Shown: positions 1 through 12,000 of the stretch, piece by piece
Numbering within the stretch: position 1 is the stretch's first letter
Layout of the letters: every line of letters starts with the position of its first letter
Assembly: GCA_051362555.1 (NCBI GenBank)
Contig: JBPQGU010000016.1
Span: 4,030,001 to 4,094,000 of the forward strand
DNA length: 64,000 nucleotides
Reading direction: 5' to 3'
Source: Lingula anatina
Taxonomy: Eukaryota; Animalia; Brachiopoda
The notes under the pieces: model-generated
What the model saw: the letters and a program-made list of their open reading frames with translations, nothing else
Told to the model about the DNA's origin: nothing
The model's database searches: none
Translations under genes and position numbers: made by a program

Positions 1-3000
1 CCCCCCCCCTCTCAGATTCTGTTCTCAGAGCTTCTTTTTGGATCATCTTTAAAGCTAGAATTGGGGGCCTTGATGAAGTGACCCGGGCGCGTTTCCACAT
101 TTTTTATGAATGACAGGTGTGGTAGATTGATTTTCCTCACTTTTTGGAAAAATCGGAGACGGGTCGATTTTTGGTGATTTTGAGTGATTTTGAACAGTGC
201 CGGCACTGTGAGATTTCTTCAATTTTGGCCAGGTAGGGATGAAAATTTTTTTTCTTCATTATAGTGTCAGGTAGGTGTGTTCGGTCATTTGTAGTAAGAA
301 TAAAGTGCTGGAAGAGTGGTGGTGTCAACATTAAGGAAGAAATAGAGCAAAAACTCTCTCTCCCCCCCCCCTCTCAGATTCTGTTCTCAGAGCTTCTTTT
401 TGGATCATCTTTAAAGCTAGAATTGGGGGCCTTGATGAAGTGACCCGGGCGCGTTTCCCCATTTTTTATGAATGACAGGTGTGGTAGATTGATTTTCCTC
501 ACTTTTTGGAAAAATCGGAGACGGGTCGATTTTTGGTGATTTTGAGTGATTTTGAACAGTGCCGGCACTGTGAGATTTCTTCAATTTTGGCCAGGTAGGG
601 ATGAAAATTTTTTTTCTTCATTATAGTGTCAGGTAGGTGTGTTCGGTCATTTGTAGTAAGAATAAAGTGCTGGAAGAGTGGTGGTGTCAACATTAAGGAA
701 GAAATAGAGCAAAAACTCTCTCTCCCCCCCCCCTCTCAGATTCTGTTCTCAGAGCTTATTTTTGGATCATCTTTAAAGCTAGAATTGGGGGCCTTGATGA
801 AGTGACCCGGGCGCGTTTCCACATTTTTTATGAATGACAGGTGTGGTAGATTGATTTTCCTCACTTTTTGGAAAAATCGGAGACGGGTCGATTTTTGGTG
901 ATTTTGAGTGATTTTGAACAGTGCCGGCACTGTGAGATTTCTTCAATTTTGGCCAGGTAGGGATGAAAATTTTTTTTCTTCATTATAGTGTCAGGTAGGT
1001 GTGTTCGGTCATTTGTAGTAAGAATAAAGTGCTGGAAGAGTGGTGGTGTCAACATTAAGGAAGAAATAGAGCAAAAACTCTCTCTCCCCCCCCCCCTCTC
1101 AGATTCTGTTCTCAGAGCTTATTTTTGGATCATCTTTAAAGCTAGAATTGGGGGCCTTGATGAAGTGACCCGGGCGCGTTTCCACATTTTTTATGAATGA
1201 CAGGTGTGGTAGATTGATTTTCCTCACTTTTTGGAAAAATCGGAGACGGGTCGATTTTTGGTGATTTTGAGTGATTTTGAACAGTGCCGGCACTGTGAGA
1301 TTTCTTCAATTTTGGCCAGGTAGGGATGAAAATTTTTTTTCTTCATTATAGTGTCAGGTAGGTGTGTTCGGTCATTTGTAGTAAGAATAAAGTGCTGGAA
1401 GAGTGGTGGTGTCAACATTAAGGAAGAAATAGAGCAAAAACTCTCTCTCCCCCCCCCCCCTCTCAGATTCTGTTCTCAGAGCTTATTTTTGGATCATCTT
1501 TAAAGCTAGAATTGGGGGCCTTGATGAAGTGACCCGGGCGCGTTTCCACATTTTTTATGAATGACAGGTGTGGTAGATTGATTTTCCTCACTTTTTGGAA
1601 AAATCGGAGACGGGTCGATTTTTGGTGATTTTGAGTGATTTTGAACAGTGCCGGCACTGTGAGATTTCTTCAATTTTGGCCAGGTAGGGATGAAAATTTT
1701 TTTTCTTCATTATAGTGTCAGGTAGGTGTGTTCGGTCATTTGTAGTAAGAATAAAGTGCTGGAAGAGTGGTGGTGTCAACATTAAGGAAGAAATAGAGCA
1801 AAAACTCTCTCTCCCCCCCCCCCCTCTCAGATTCTGTTCTCAGAGCTTATTTTTGGATCATCTTTAAAGCTAGAATTGGGGGCCTTGATGAAGTGACCCG
1901 GGCGCGTTTCCACATTTTTTATGAATGACAGGTGTGGTAGATTGATTTTCCTCACTTTTTGGAAAAATCGGAGACGGGTCGATTTTTGGTGATTTTGAGT
2001 GATTTTGAACAGTGCCGGCACTGTGAGATTTCTTCAATTTTGGCCAGGTAGGGATGAAAATTTTTTTTCTTCATTATAGTGTCAGGTAGGTGTGTTCGGT
2101 CATTTGTAGTAAGAATAAAGTGCTGGAAGAGTGGTGGTGTCAACATTAAGGAAGAAATAGAGCAAAAACTCTCTCTCCCCCCCCCCCCTCTCAGATTCTG
2201 TTCTCAGAGCTTATTTTTGGATCATCTTTAAAGCTAGAATTGGGGGCCTTGATGAAGTGACCCGGGCGCGTTTCCACATTTTTTATGAATGACAGGTGTG
2301 GTAGATTGATTTTCCTCACTTTTTGGAAAAATCGGAGACGGGTCGATTTTTGGTGATTTTGAGTGATTTTGAACAGTGCCGGCACTGTGAGATTTCTTCA
2401 ATTTTGGCCAGGTAGGGATGAAAATTTTTTTTCTTCATTATAGTGTCAGGTAGGTGTGTTCGGTCATTTGTAGTAAGAATAAAGTGCTGGAAGAGTGGTG
2501 GTGTCAACATTAAGGAAGAAATAGAGCAAAAACTCTCTCTCCCCCCCCCCCTCTCAGATTCTGTTCTCAGAGCTTATTTTTGGATCATCTTTAAAGCTAG
2601 AATTGGGGGCCTTGATGAAGTGACCCGGGCGCGTTTCCACATTTTTTATGAATGACAGGTGTGGTAGATTGATTTTCCTCACTTTTTGGAAAAATCGGAG
2701 ACGGGTCGATTTTTGGTGATTTTGAGTGATTTTGAACAGTGCCGGCACTGTGAGATTTCTTCAATTTTGGCCAGGTAGGGATGAAAATTTTTTTTCTTCA
2801 TTATAGTGTCAGGTAGGTGTGTTCGGTCATTTGTAGTAAGAATAAAGTGCTGGAAGAGTGGTGGTGTCAACATTAAGGAAGAAATAGAGCAAAAACTCTC
2901 TCTCCCCCCCCCCCTCTCAGATTCTGTTCTCAGAGCTTATTTTTGGATCATCTTTAAAGCTAGAATTGGGGGCCTTGATGAAGTGACCCGGGCGCGTTTC

Positions 3001-6000
3001 CACATTTTTTATGAATGACAGGTGTGGTAGATTGATTTTCCTCACTTTTTGGAAAAATCGGAGACGGGTCGATTTTTGGTGATTTTGAGTGATTTTGAAC
3101 AGTGCCGGCACTGTGAGATTTCTTCAATTTTGGCCAGGTAGGGATGAAAATTTTTTTTCTTCATTATAGTGTCAGGTAGGTGTGTTCGGTCATTTGTAGT
3201 AAGAATAAAGTGCTGGAAGAGTGGTGGTGTCAACATTAAGGAAGAAATAGAGCAAAAACTCTCTCTCCCCCCCCCCTCTCAGATTCTGTTCTCAGAGCTT
3301 ATTTTTGGATCATCTTTAAAGCTAGAATTGGGGGCCTTGATGAAGTGACCCGGGCGCGTTTCCACATTTTTTATGAATGACAGGTGTGGTAGATTGATTT
3401 TCCTCACTTTTTGGAAAAATCGGAGACGGGTCGATTTTTGGTGATTTTGAGTGATTTTGAACAGTGCCGGCACTGTGAGATTTCTTCAATTTTGGCCAGG
3501 TAGGGATGAAAATTTTTTTTCTTCATTATAGTGTCAGGTAGGTGTGTTCGGTCATTTGTAGTAAGAATAAAGTGCTGGAAGAGTGGTGGTGTCAACATTA
3601 AGGAAGAAATAGAGCAAAAACTCTCTCTCCCCCCCCCCCTCTCAGATTCTGTTCTCAGAGCTTATTTTTGGATCATCTTTAAAGCTAGAATTGGGGGCCT
3701 TGATGAAGTGACCCGGGCGCGTTTCCACATTTTTTATGAATGACAGGTGTGGTAGATTGATTTTCCTCACTTTTTGGAAAAATCGGAGACGGGTCGATTT
3801 TTGGTGATTTTGAGTGATTTTGAACAGTGCCGGCACTGTGAGATTTCTTCAATTTTGGCCAGGTAGGGATGAAAATTTTTTTTCTTCATTATAGTGTCAG
3901 GTAGGTGTGTTCGGTCATTTGTAGTAAGAATAAAGTGCTGGAAGAGTGGTGGTGTCAACATTAAGGAAGAAATAGAGCAAAAACTCTCTCTCCCCCCCCC
4001 CTCTCAGATTCTGTTCTCAGAGCTTATTTTTGGATCATCTTTAAAGCTAGAATTGGGGGCCTTGATGAAGTGACCCGGGCGCGTTTCCACATTTTTTATG
4101 AATGACAGGTGTGGTAGATTGATTTTCCTCACTTTTTGGAAAAATCGGAGACGGGTCGATTTTTGGTGATTTTGAGTGATTTTGAACAGTGCCGGCACTG
4201 TGAGATTTCTTCAATTTTGGCCAGGTAGGGATGAAAATTTTTTTTCTTCATTATAGTGTCAGGTAGGTGTGTTCGGTCATTTGTAGTAAGAATAAAGTGC
4301 TGGAAGAGTGGTGGTGTCAACATTAAGGAAGAAATAGAGCAAAAACTCTCTCTCCCCCCCCCCCTCTCAGATTCTGTTCTCAGAGCTTATTTTTGGATCA
4401 TCTTTAAAGCTAGAATTGGGGGCCTTGATGAAGTGACCCGGGCGCGTTTCCACATTTTTTATGAATGACAGGTGTGGTAGATTGATTTTCCTCACTTTTT
4501 GGAAAAATCGGAGACGGGTCGATTTTTGGTGATTTTGAGTGATTTTGAACAGTGCCGGCACTGTGAGATTTCTTCAATTTTGGCCAGGTAGGGATGAAAA
4601 TTTTTTTTCTTCATTATAGTGTCAGGTAGGTGTGTTCGGTCATTTGTAGTAAGAATAAAGTGCTGGAAGAGTGGTGGTGTCAACATTAAGGAAGAAATAG
4701 AGCAAAAACTCTCTCTCCCCCCCCCCCTCTCAGATTCTGTTCTCAGAGCTTATTTTTGGATCATCTTTAAAGCTAGAATTGGGGGCCTTGATGAAGTGAC
4801 CCGGGCGCGTTTCCACATTTTTTATGAATGACAGGTGTGGTAGATTGATTTTCCTCACTTTTTGGAAAAATCGGAGACGGGTCGATTTTTGGTGATTTTG
4901 AGTGATTTTGAACAGTGCCGGCACTGTGAGATTTCTTCAATTTTGGCCAGGTAGGGATGAAAATTTTTTTTCTTCATTATAGTGTCAGGTAGGTGTGTTC
5001 GGTCATTTGTAGTAAGAATAAAGTGCTGGAAGAGTGGTGGTGTCAACATTAAGGAAGAAATAGAGCAAAAACTCTCTCTCCCCCCCCCCCTCTCAGATTC
5101 TGTTCTCAGAGCTTATTTTTGGATCATCTTTAAAGCTAGAATTGGGGGCCTTGATGAAGTGACCCGGGCGCGTTTCCACATTTTTTATGAATGACAGGTG
5201 TGGTAGATTGATTTTCCTCACTTTTTGGAAAAATCGGAGACGGGTCGATTTTTGGTGATTTTGAGTGATTTTGAACAGTGCCGGCACTGTGAGATTTCTT
5301 CAATTTTGGCCAGGTAGGGATGAAAATTTTTTTTCTTCATTATAGTGTCAGGTAGGTGTGTTCGGTCATTTGTAGTAAGAATAAAGTGCTGGAAGAGTGG
5401 TGGTGTCAACATTAAGGAAGAAATAGAGCAAAAACTCTCTCTCCCCCCCCCCCTCTCAGATTCTGTTCTCAGAGCTTATTTTTGGATCATCTTTAAAGCT
5501 AGAATTGGGGGCCTTGATGAAGTGACCCGGGCGCGTTTCCACATTTTTTATGAATGACAGGTGTGGTAGATTGATTTTCCTCACTTTTTGGAAAAATCGG
5601 AGACGGGTCGATTTTTGGTGATTTTGAGTGATTTTGAACAGTGCCGGCACTGTGAGATTTCTTCAATTTTGGCCAGGTAGGGATGAAAATTTTTTTTCTT
5701 CATTATAGTGTCAGGTAGGTGTGTTCGGTCATTTGTAGTAAGAATAAAGTGCTGGAAGAGTGGTGGTGTCAACATTAAGGAAGAAATAGAGCAAAAACTC
5801 TCTCTCCCCCCCCCCCTCTCAGATTCTGTTCTCAGAGCTTATTTTTGGATCATCTTTAAAGCTAGAATTGGGGGCCTTGATGAAGTGACCCGGGCGCGTT
5901 TCCACATTTTTTATGAATGACAGGTGTGGTAGATTGATTTTCCTCACTTTTTGGAAAAATCGGAGACGGGTCGATTTTTGGTGATTTTGAGTGATTTTGA

Positions 6001-9000
6001 ACAGTGCCGGCACTGTGAGATTTCTTCAATTTTGGCCAGGTAGGGATGAAAATTTTTTTTCTTCATTATAGTGTCAGGTAGGTGTGTTCGGTCATTTGTA
6101 GTAAGAATAAAGTGCTGGAAGAGTGGTGGTGTCAACATTAAGGAAGAAATAGAGCAAAAACTCTCTCTCCCCCCCCCCCCTCTCAGATTCTGTTCTCAGA
6201 GCTTATTTTTGGATCATCTTTAAAGCTAGAATTGGGGGCCTTGATGAAGTGACCCGGGCGCGTTTCCACATTTTTTATGAATGACAGGTGTGGTAGATTG
6301 ATTTTCCTCACTTTTTGGAAAAATCGGAGACGGGTCGATTTTTGGTGATTTTGAGTGATTTTGAACAGTGCCGGCACTGTGAGATTTCTTCAATTTTGGC
6401 CAGGTAGGGATGAAAATTTTTTTTCTTCATTATAGTGTCAGGTAGGTGTGTTCGGTCATTTGTAGTAAGAATAAAGTGCTGGAAGAGTGGTGGTGTCAAC
6501 ATTAAGGAAGAAATAGAGCAAAAACTCTCTCTCCCCCCCCCCCTCTCAGATTCTGTTCTCAGAGCTTATTTTTGGATCATCTTTAAAGCTAGAATTGGGG
6601 GCCTTGATGAAGTGACCCGGGCGCGTTTCCACATTTTTTATGAATGACAGGTGTGGTAGATTGATTTTCCTCACTTTTTGGAAAAATCGGAGACGGGTCG
6701 ATTTTTGGTGATTTTGAGTGATTTTGAACAGTGCCGGCACTGTGAGATTTCTTCAATTTTGGCCAGGTAGGGATGAAAATTTTTTTTCTTCATTATAGTG
6801 TCAGGTAGGTGTGTTCGGTCATTTGTAGTAAGAATAAAGTGCTGGAAGAGTGGTGGTGTCAACATTAAGGAAGAAATAGAGCAAAAACTCTCTCTCCCCC
6901 CCCCCCTCTCAGATTCTGTTCTCAGAGCTTATTTTTGGATCATCTTTAAAGCTAGAATTGGGGGCCTTGATGAAGTGACCCGGGCGCGTTTCCACATTTT
7001 TTATGAATGACAGGTGTGGTAGATTGATTTTCCTCACTTTTTGGAAAAATCGGAGACGGGTCGATTTTTGGTGATTTTGAGTGATTTTGAACAGTGCCGG
7101 CACTGTGAGATTTCTTCAATTTTGGCCAGGTAGGGATGAAAATTTTTTTTCTTCATTATAGTGTCAGGTAGGTGTGTTCGGTCATTTGTAGTAAGAATAA
7201 AGTGCTGGAAGAGTGGTGGTGTCAACATTAAGGAAGAAATAGAGCAAAAACTCTCTCTCCCCCCCCCCCTCTCAGATTCTGTTCTCAGAGCTTATTTTTG
7301 GATCATCTTTAAAGCTAGAATTGGGGGCCTTGATGAAGTGACCCGGGCGCGTTTCCACATTTTTTATGAATGACAGGTGTGGTAGATTGATTTTCCTCAC
7401 TTTTTGGAAAAATCGGAGACGGGTCGATTTTTGGTGATTTTGAGTGATTTTGAACAGTGCCGGCACTGTGAGATTTCTTCAATTTTGGCCAGGTAGGGAT
7501 GAAAATTTTTTTTCTTCATTATAGTGTCAGGTAGGTGTGTTCGGTCATTTGTAGTAAGAATAAAGTGCTGGAAGAGTGGTGGTGTCAACATTAAGGAAGA
7601 AATAGAGCAAAAACTCTCTCTCCCCCCCCCCCCTCTCAGATTCTGTTCTCAGAGCTTATTTTTGGATCATCTTTAAAGCTAGAATTGGGGGCCTTGATGA
7701 AGTGACCCGGGCGCGTTTCCACATTTTTTATGAATGACAGGTGTGGTAGATTGATTTTCCTCACTTTTTGGAAAAATCGGAGACGGGTCGATTTTTGGTG
7801 ATTTTGAGTGATTTTGAACAGTGCCGGCACTGTGAGATTTCTTCAATTTTGGCCAGGTAGGGATGAAAATTTTTTTTCTTCATTATAGTGTCAGGTAGGT
7901 GTGTTCGGTCATTTGTAGTAAGAATAAAGTGCTGGAAGAGTGGTGGTGTCAACATTAAGGAAGAAATAGAGCAAAAACTCTCTCTCCCCCCCCCCCTCTC
8001 AGATTCTGTTCTCAGAGCTTATTTTTGGATCATCTTTAAAGCTAGAATTGGGGGCCTTGATGAAGTGACCCGGGCGCGTTTCCACATTTTTTATGAATGA
8101 CAGGTGTGGTAGATTGATTTTCCTCACTTTTTGGAAAAATCGGAGACGGGTCGATTTTTGGTGATTTTGAGTGATTTTGAACAGTGCCGGCACTGTGAGA
8201 TTTCTTCAATTTTGGCCAGGTAGGGATGAAAATTTTTTTTCTTCATTATAGTGTCAGGTAGGTGTGTTCGGTCATTTGTAGTAAGAATAAAGTGCTGGAA
8301 GAGTGGTGGTGTCAACATTAAGGAAGAAATAGAGCAAAAACTCTCTCTCCCCCCCCCCCCTCTCAGATTCTGTTCTCAGAGCTTATTTTTGGATCATCTT
8401 TAAAGCTAGAATTGGGGGCCTTGATGAAGTGACCCGGGCGCGTTTCCACATTTTTTATGAATGACAGGTGTGGTAGATTGATTTTCCTCACTTTTTGGAA
8501 AAATCGGAGACGGGTCGATTTTTGGTGATTTTGAGTGATTTTGAACAGTGCCGGCACTGTGAGATTTCTTCAATTTTGGCCAGGTAGGGATGAAAATTTT
8601 TTTTCTTCATTATAGTATCAGGTAGGTGTGTTCGGTCATTTGTAGTAAGAATAAAGTGCTGGAAGAGTGGTGGTGTCAACATTAAGGAAGAAATAGAGCA
8701 AAAACTCTCTCTCCCCCCCCCCCCTCTCAGATTCTGTTCTCAGAGCTTATTTTTGGATCATCTTTAAAGCTAGAATTGGGGGCCTTGATGAAGTGACCCG
8801 GGCGCGTTTCCACATTTTTTATGAATGACAGGTGTGGTAGATTGATTTTCCTCACTTTTTGGAAAAATCGGAGACGGGTCGATTTTTGGTGATTTTGAGT
8901 GATTTTGAACAGTGCCGGCACTGTGAGATTTCTTCAATTTTGGCCAGGTAGGGATGAAAATTTTTTTTCTTCATTATAGTGTCAGGTAGGTGTGTTCGGT

Positions 9001-12000
9001 CATTTGTAGTAAGAATAAAGTGCTGGAAGAGTGGTGGTGTCAACATTAAGGAAGAAATAGAGCAAAAACTCTCTCTCCCCCCCCCCCCCTCTCAGATTCT
9101 GTTCTCAGAGCTTATTTTTGGATCATCTTTAAAGCTAGAATTGGGGGCCTTGATGAAGTGACCCGGGCGCGTTTCCACATTTTTTATGAATGACAGGTGT
9201 GGTAGATTGATTTTCCTCACTTTTTGGAAAAATCGGAGACGGGTCGATTTTTGGTGATTTTGAGTGATTTTGAACAGTGCCGGCACTGTGAGATTTCTTC
9301 AATTTTGGCCAGGTAGGGATGAAAATTTTTTTTCTTCATTATAGTGTCAGGTAGGTGTGTTCGGTCATTTGTAGTAAGAATAAAGTGCTGGAAGAGTGGT
9401 GGTGTCAACATTAAGGAAGAAATAGAGCAAAATCTCTCTCTCCCCCCCCCCTCTCAGATTCTGTTCTCAGAGCTTATTTTTGGATCATCTTTAAAGCTAG
9501 AATTGGGGGCCTTGATGAAGTGACCCGGGCGCGTTTCCACATTTTTTATGAATGACAGGTGTGGTAGATTGATTTTCCTCACTTTTTGGAAAAATCGGAG
9601 ACGGGTCGATTTTTGGTGATTTTGAGTGATTTTGAACAGTGCCGGCACTGTGAGATTTCTTCAATTTTGGCCAGGTAGGGATGAAAATTTTTTTTCTTCA
9701 TTATAGTGTCAGGTAGGTGTGTTCGGTCATTTGTAGTAAGAATAAAGTGCTGGAAGAGTGGTGGTGTCAACATTAAGGAAGAAATAGAGCAAAAACTCTC
9801 TCTCCCCCCCCCTCTCAGATTCTGTTCTCAGAGCTTATTTTTGGATCATCTTTAAAGCTAGAATTGGGGGCCTTGATGAAGTGACCCGGGCCATTACCAC
9901 ATTTTTTATGAATGACAGGTGTGGTAGATTGATTTTCCTCACTTTTTGGAAAAATCGGAGACGGGTCGATTTTTGGTGATTTTGAGTGATTTTGAACAGT
10001 GCCGGCACTGTGAGATTTCTTCAATTTTGGCCAGGTAGGGATGAAAATTTTTTTTCTTCATTATAGTGTCAGGTAGGTGTGTTCGGTCATTTGTAGTAAG
10101 AATAAAGTGCTGGAAGAGTGGTGGTGTCAACATTAAGGAAGAAATAGAGCAAAAACTCTCTCTCCCCCCCCCCCTCTCAGATTCTGTTCTCAGAGCTTAT
10201 TTTTGGATCATCTTTAAAGCTAGAATTGGGGGCCTTGATGAAGTGACCCGGGCGCGTTTCCACATTTTTTATGAATGACAGGTGTGGTAGATTGATTTTC
10301 CTCACTTTTTGGAAAAATCGGAGACGGGTCGATTTTTGGTGATTTTGAGTGATTTTGAACAGTGCCGGCACTGTGAGATTTCTTCAATTTTGGCCAGGTA
10401 GGGATGAAAATTTTTTTTCTTCATTATAGTGTCAGGTAGGTGTGTTCGGTCATTTGTAGTAAGAATAAAGTGCTGGAAGAGTGGTGGTGTCAACATTAAG
10501 GAAGAAATAGAGCAAAAACTCTCTCTCCCCCCCCCCCCCCCTCTCAGATTCTGTTCTCAGAGCTTATTTTTGGATCATCTTTAAAGCTAGAATTGGGGGC
10601 CTTGATGAAGTGACCCGGGCGCGTTTCCACATTTTTTATGAATGACAGGTGTGGTAGATTGATTTTCCTCACTTTTTGGAAAAATCGGAGACGGGTCGAT
10701 TTTTGGTGATTTTGAGTGATTTTGAACAGTGCCGGCACTGTGAGATTTCTTCAATTTTGGCCAGGTAGGGATGAAAATTTTTTTTCTTCATTATAGTGTC
10801 AGGTAGGTGTGTTCGGTCATTTGTAGTAAGAATAAAGTGCTGGAAGAGTGGTGGTGTCAACATTAAGGAAGAAATAGAGCAAAAACTCTCTCTCCCCCCC
10901 CCCCCCCCTCTCAGATTCTGTTCTCAGAGCTTATTTTTGGATCATCTTTAAAGCTAGAATTGGGGGCCTTGATGAAGTGACCCGGGCGCGTTTCCACATT
11001 TTTTATGAATGACAGGTGTGGTAGATTGATTTTCCTCACTTTTTGGAAAAATCGGAGACGGGTCTATTTTTGGTGATTTTGAGTGATTTTGAACAGTGCC
11101 GGCACTGTGAGATTTCTTCAATTTTGGCCAGGTAGGGATGAAAATTTTTTTTCTTCATTATAGTGTCAGGTAGGTGTGTTCGGTCATTTGTAGTAAGAAT
11201 TAAGTGCTGGAAGAGTGGTGGTGTCAACATTAAGGAAGAAATAGAGCAAAAACTCTCTCTCCCCCCCCCCCCTCTCAGATTCTGTTCTCAGAGCTTATTT
11301 TTGGATCATCTTTAAAGCTAGAATTGGGGGCCTTGATGAAGTGACCCGGGCGCGTTTCCACATTTTTTATGAATGACAGGTGTGGTAGATTGATTTTCCT
11401 CACTTTTTGGAAAAATCGGAGACGGGTCGATTTTTGGTGATTTTGAGTGATTTTGAACAGTGCCGGCACTGTGAGATTTCTTCAATTTTGGCCAGGTAGG
11501 GATGAAAATTTTTTTTCTTCATTATAGTGTCAGGTAGGTGTGTTCGGTCATTTGTAGTAAGAATAAAGTGCTGGAAGAGTGGTGGTGTCAACATTAAGGA
11601 AGAAATAGAGCAAAAACTCTCTCTCCCCCCCCCCCCCTCTCAGATTCTGTTCTCAGAGCTTATTTTTGGATCATCTTTAAAGCTAGAATTGGGGGCCTTG
11701 ATGAAGTGACCCGGGCGCGTTTCCACATTTTTTATGAATGACAGGTGTGGTAGATTGATTTTCCTCACTTTTTGGAAAAATCGGAGACGGGTCGATTTTT
11801 GGTGATTTTGAGTGATTTTGAACAGTGCCGGCACTGTGAGATTTCTTCAATTTTGGCCAGGTAGGGATGAAATTTTTTTTTCTTCATTATAGTGTCAGGT
11901 AGGTGTGTTCGGTCATTTGTAGTAAGAATAAAGTGCTGGAAGAGTGGTGGTGTCAACATTAAGGAAGAAATAGAGCAAAAACTCTCTCTCCCCCCCCCCC

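Noticed and set aside
160-212. RSS heptamer CACAGTG on the minus strand of each monomer (RAG/Transib signal)
   Set aside because: There is no ACAAAAACC nonamer at 12- or 23-bp spacing (only accaaaaatc at ~28 nt), the geometry is not that of a signal joint, and no RAG/Transib coding sequence is nearby.
361-372. Variable poly-C length (about 7-19) per monomer as an information-bearing code or phase switch
   Set aside because: Homopolymer slippage and sequencing error explain it, and there is no credible ORF for it to switch.
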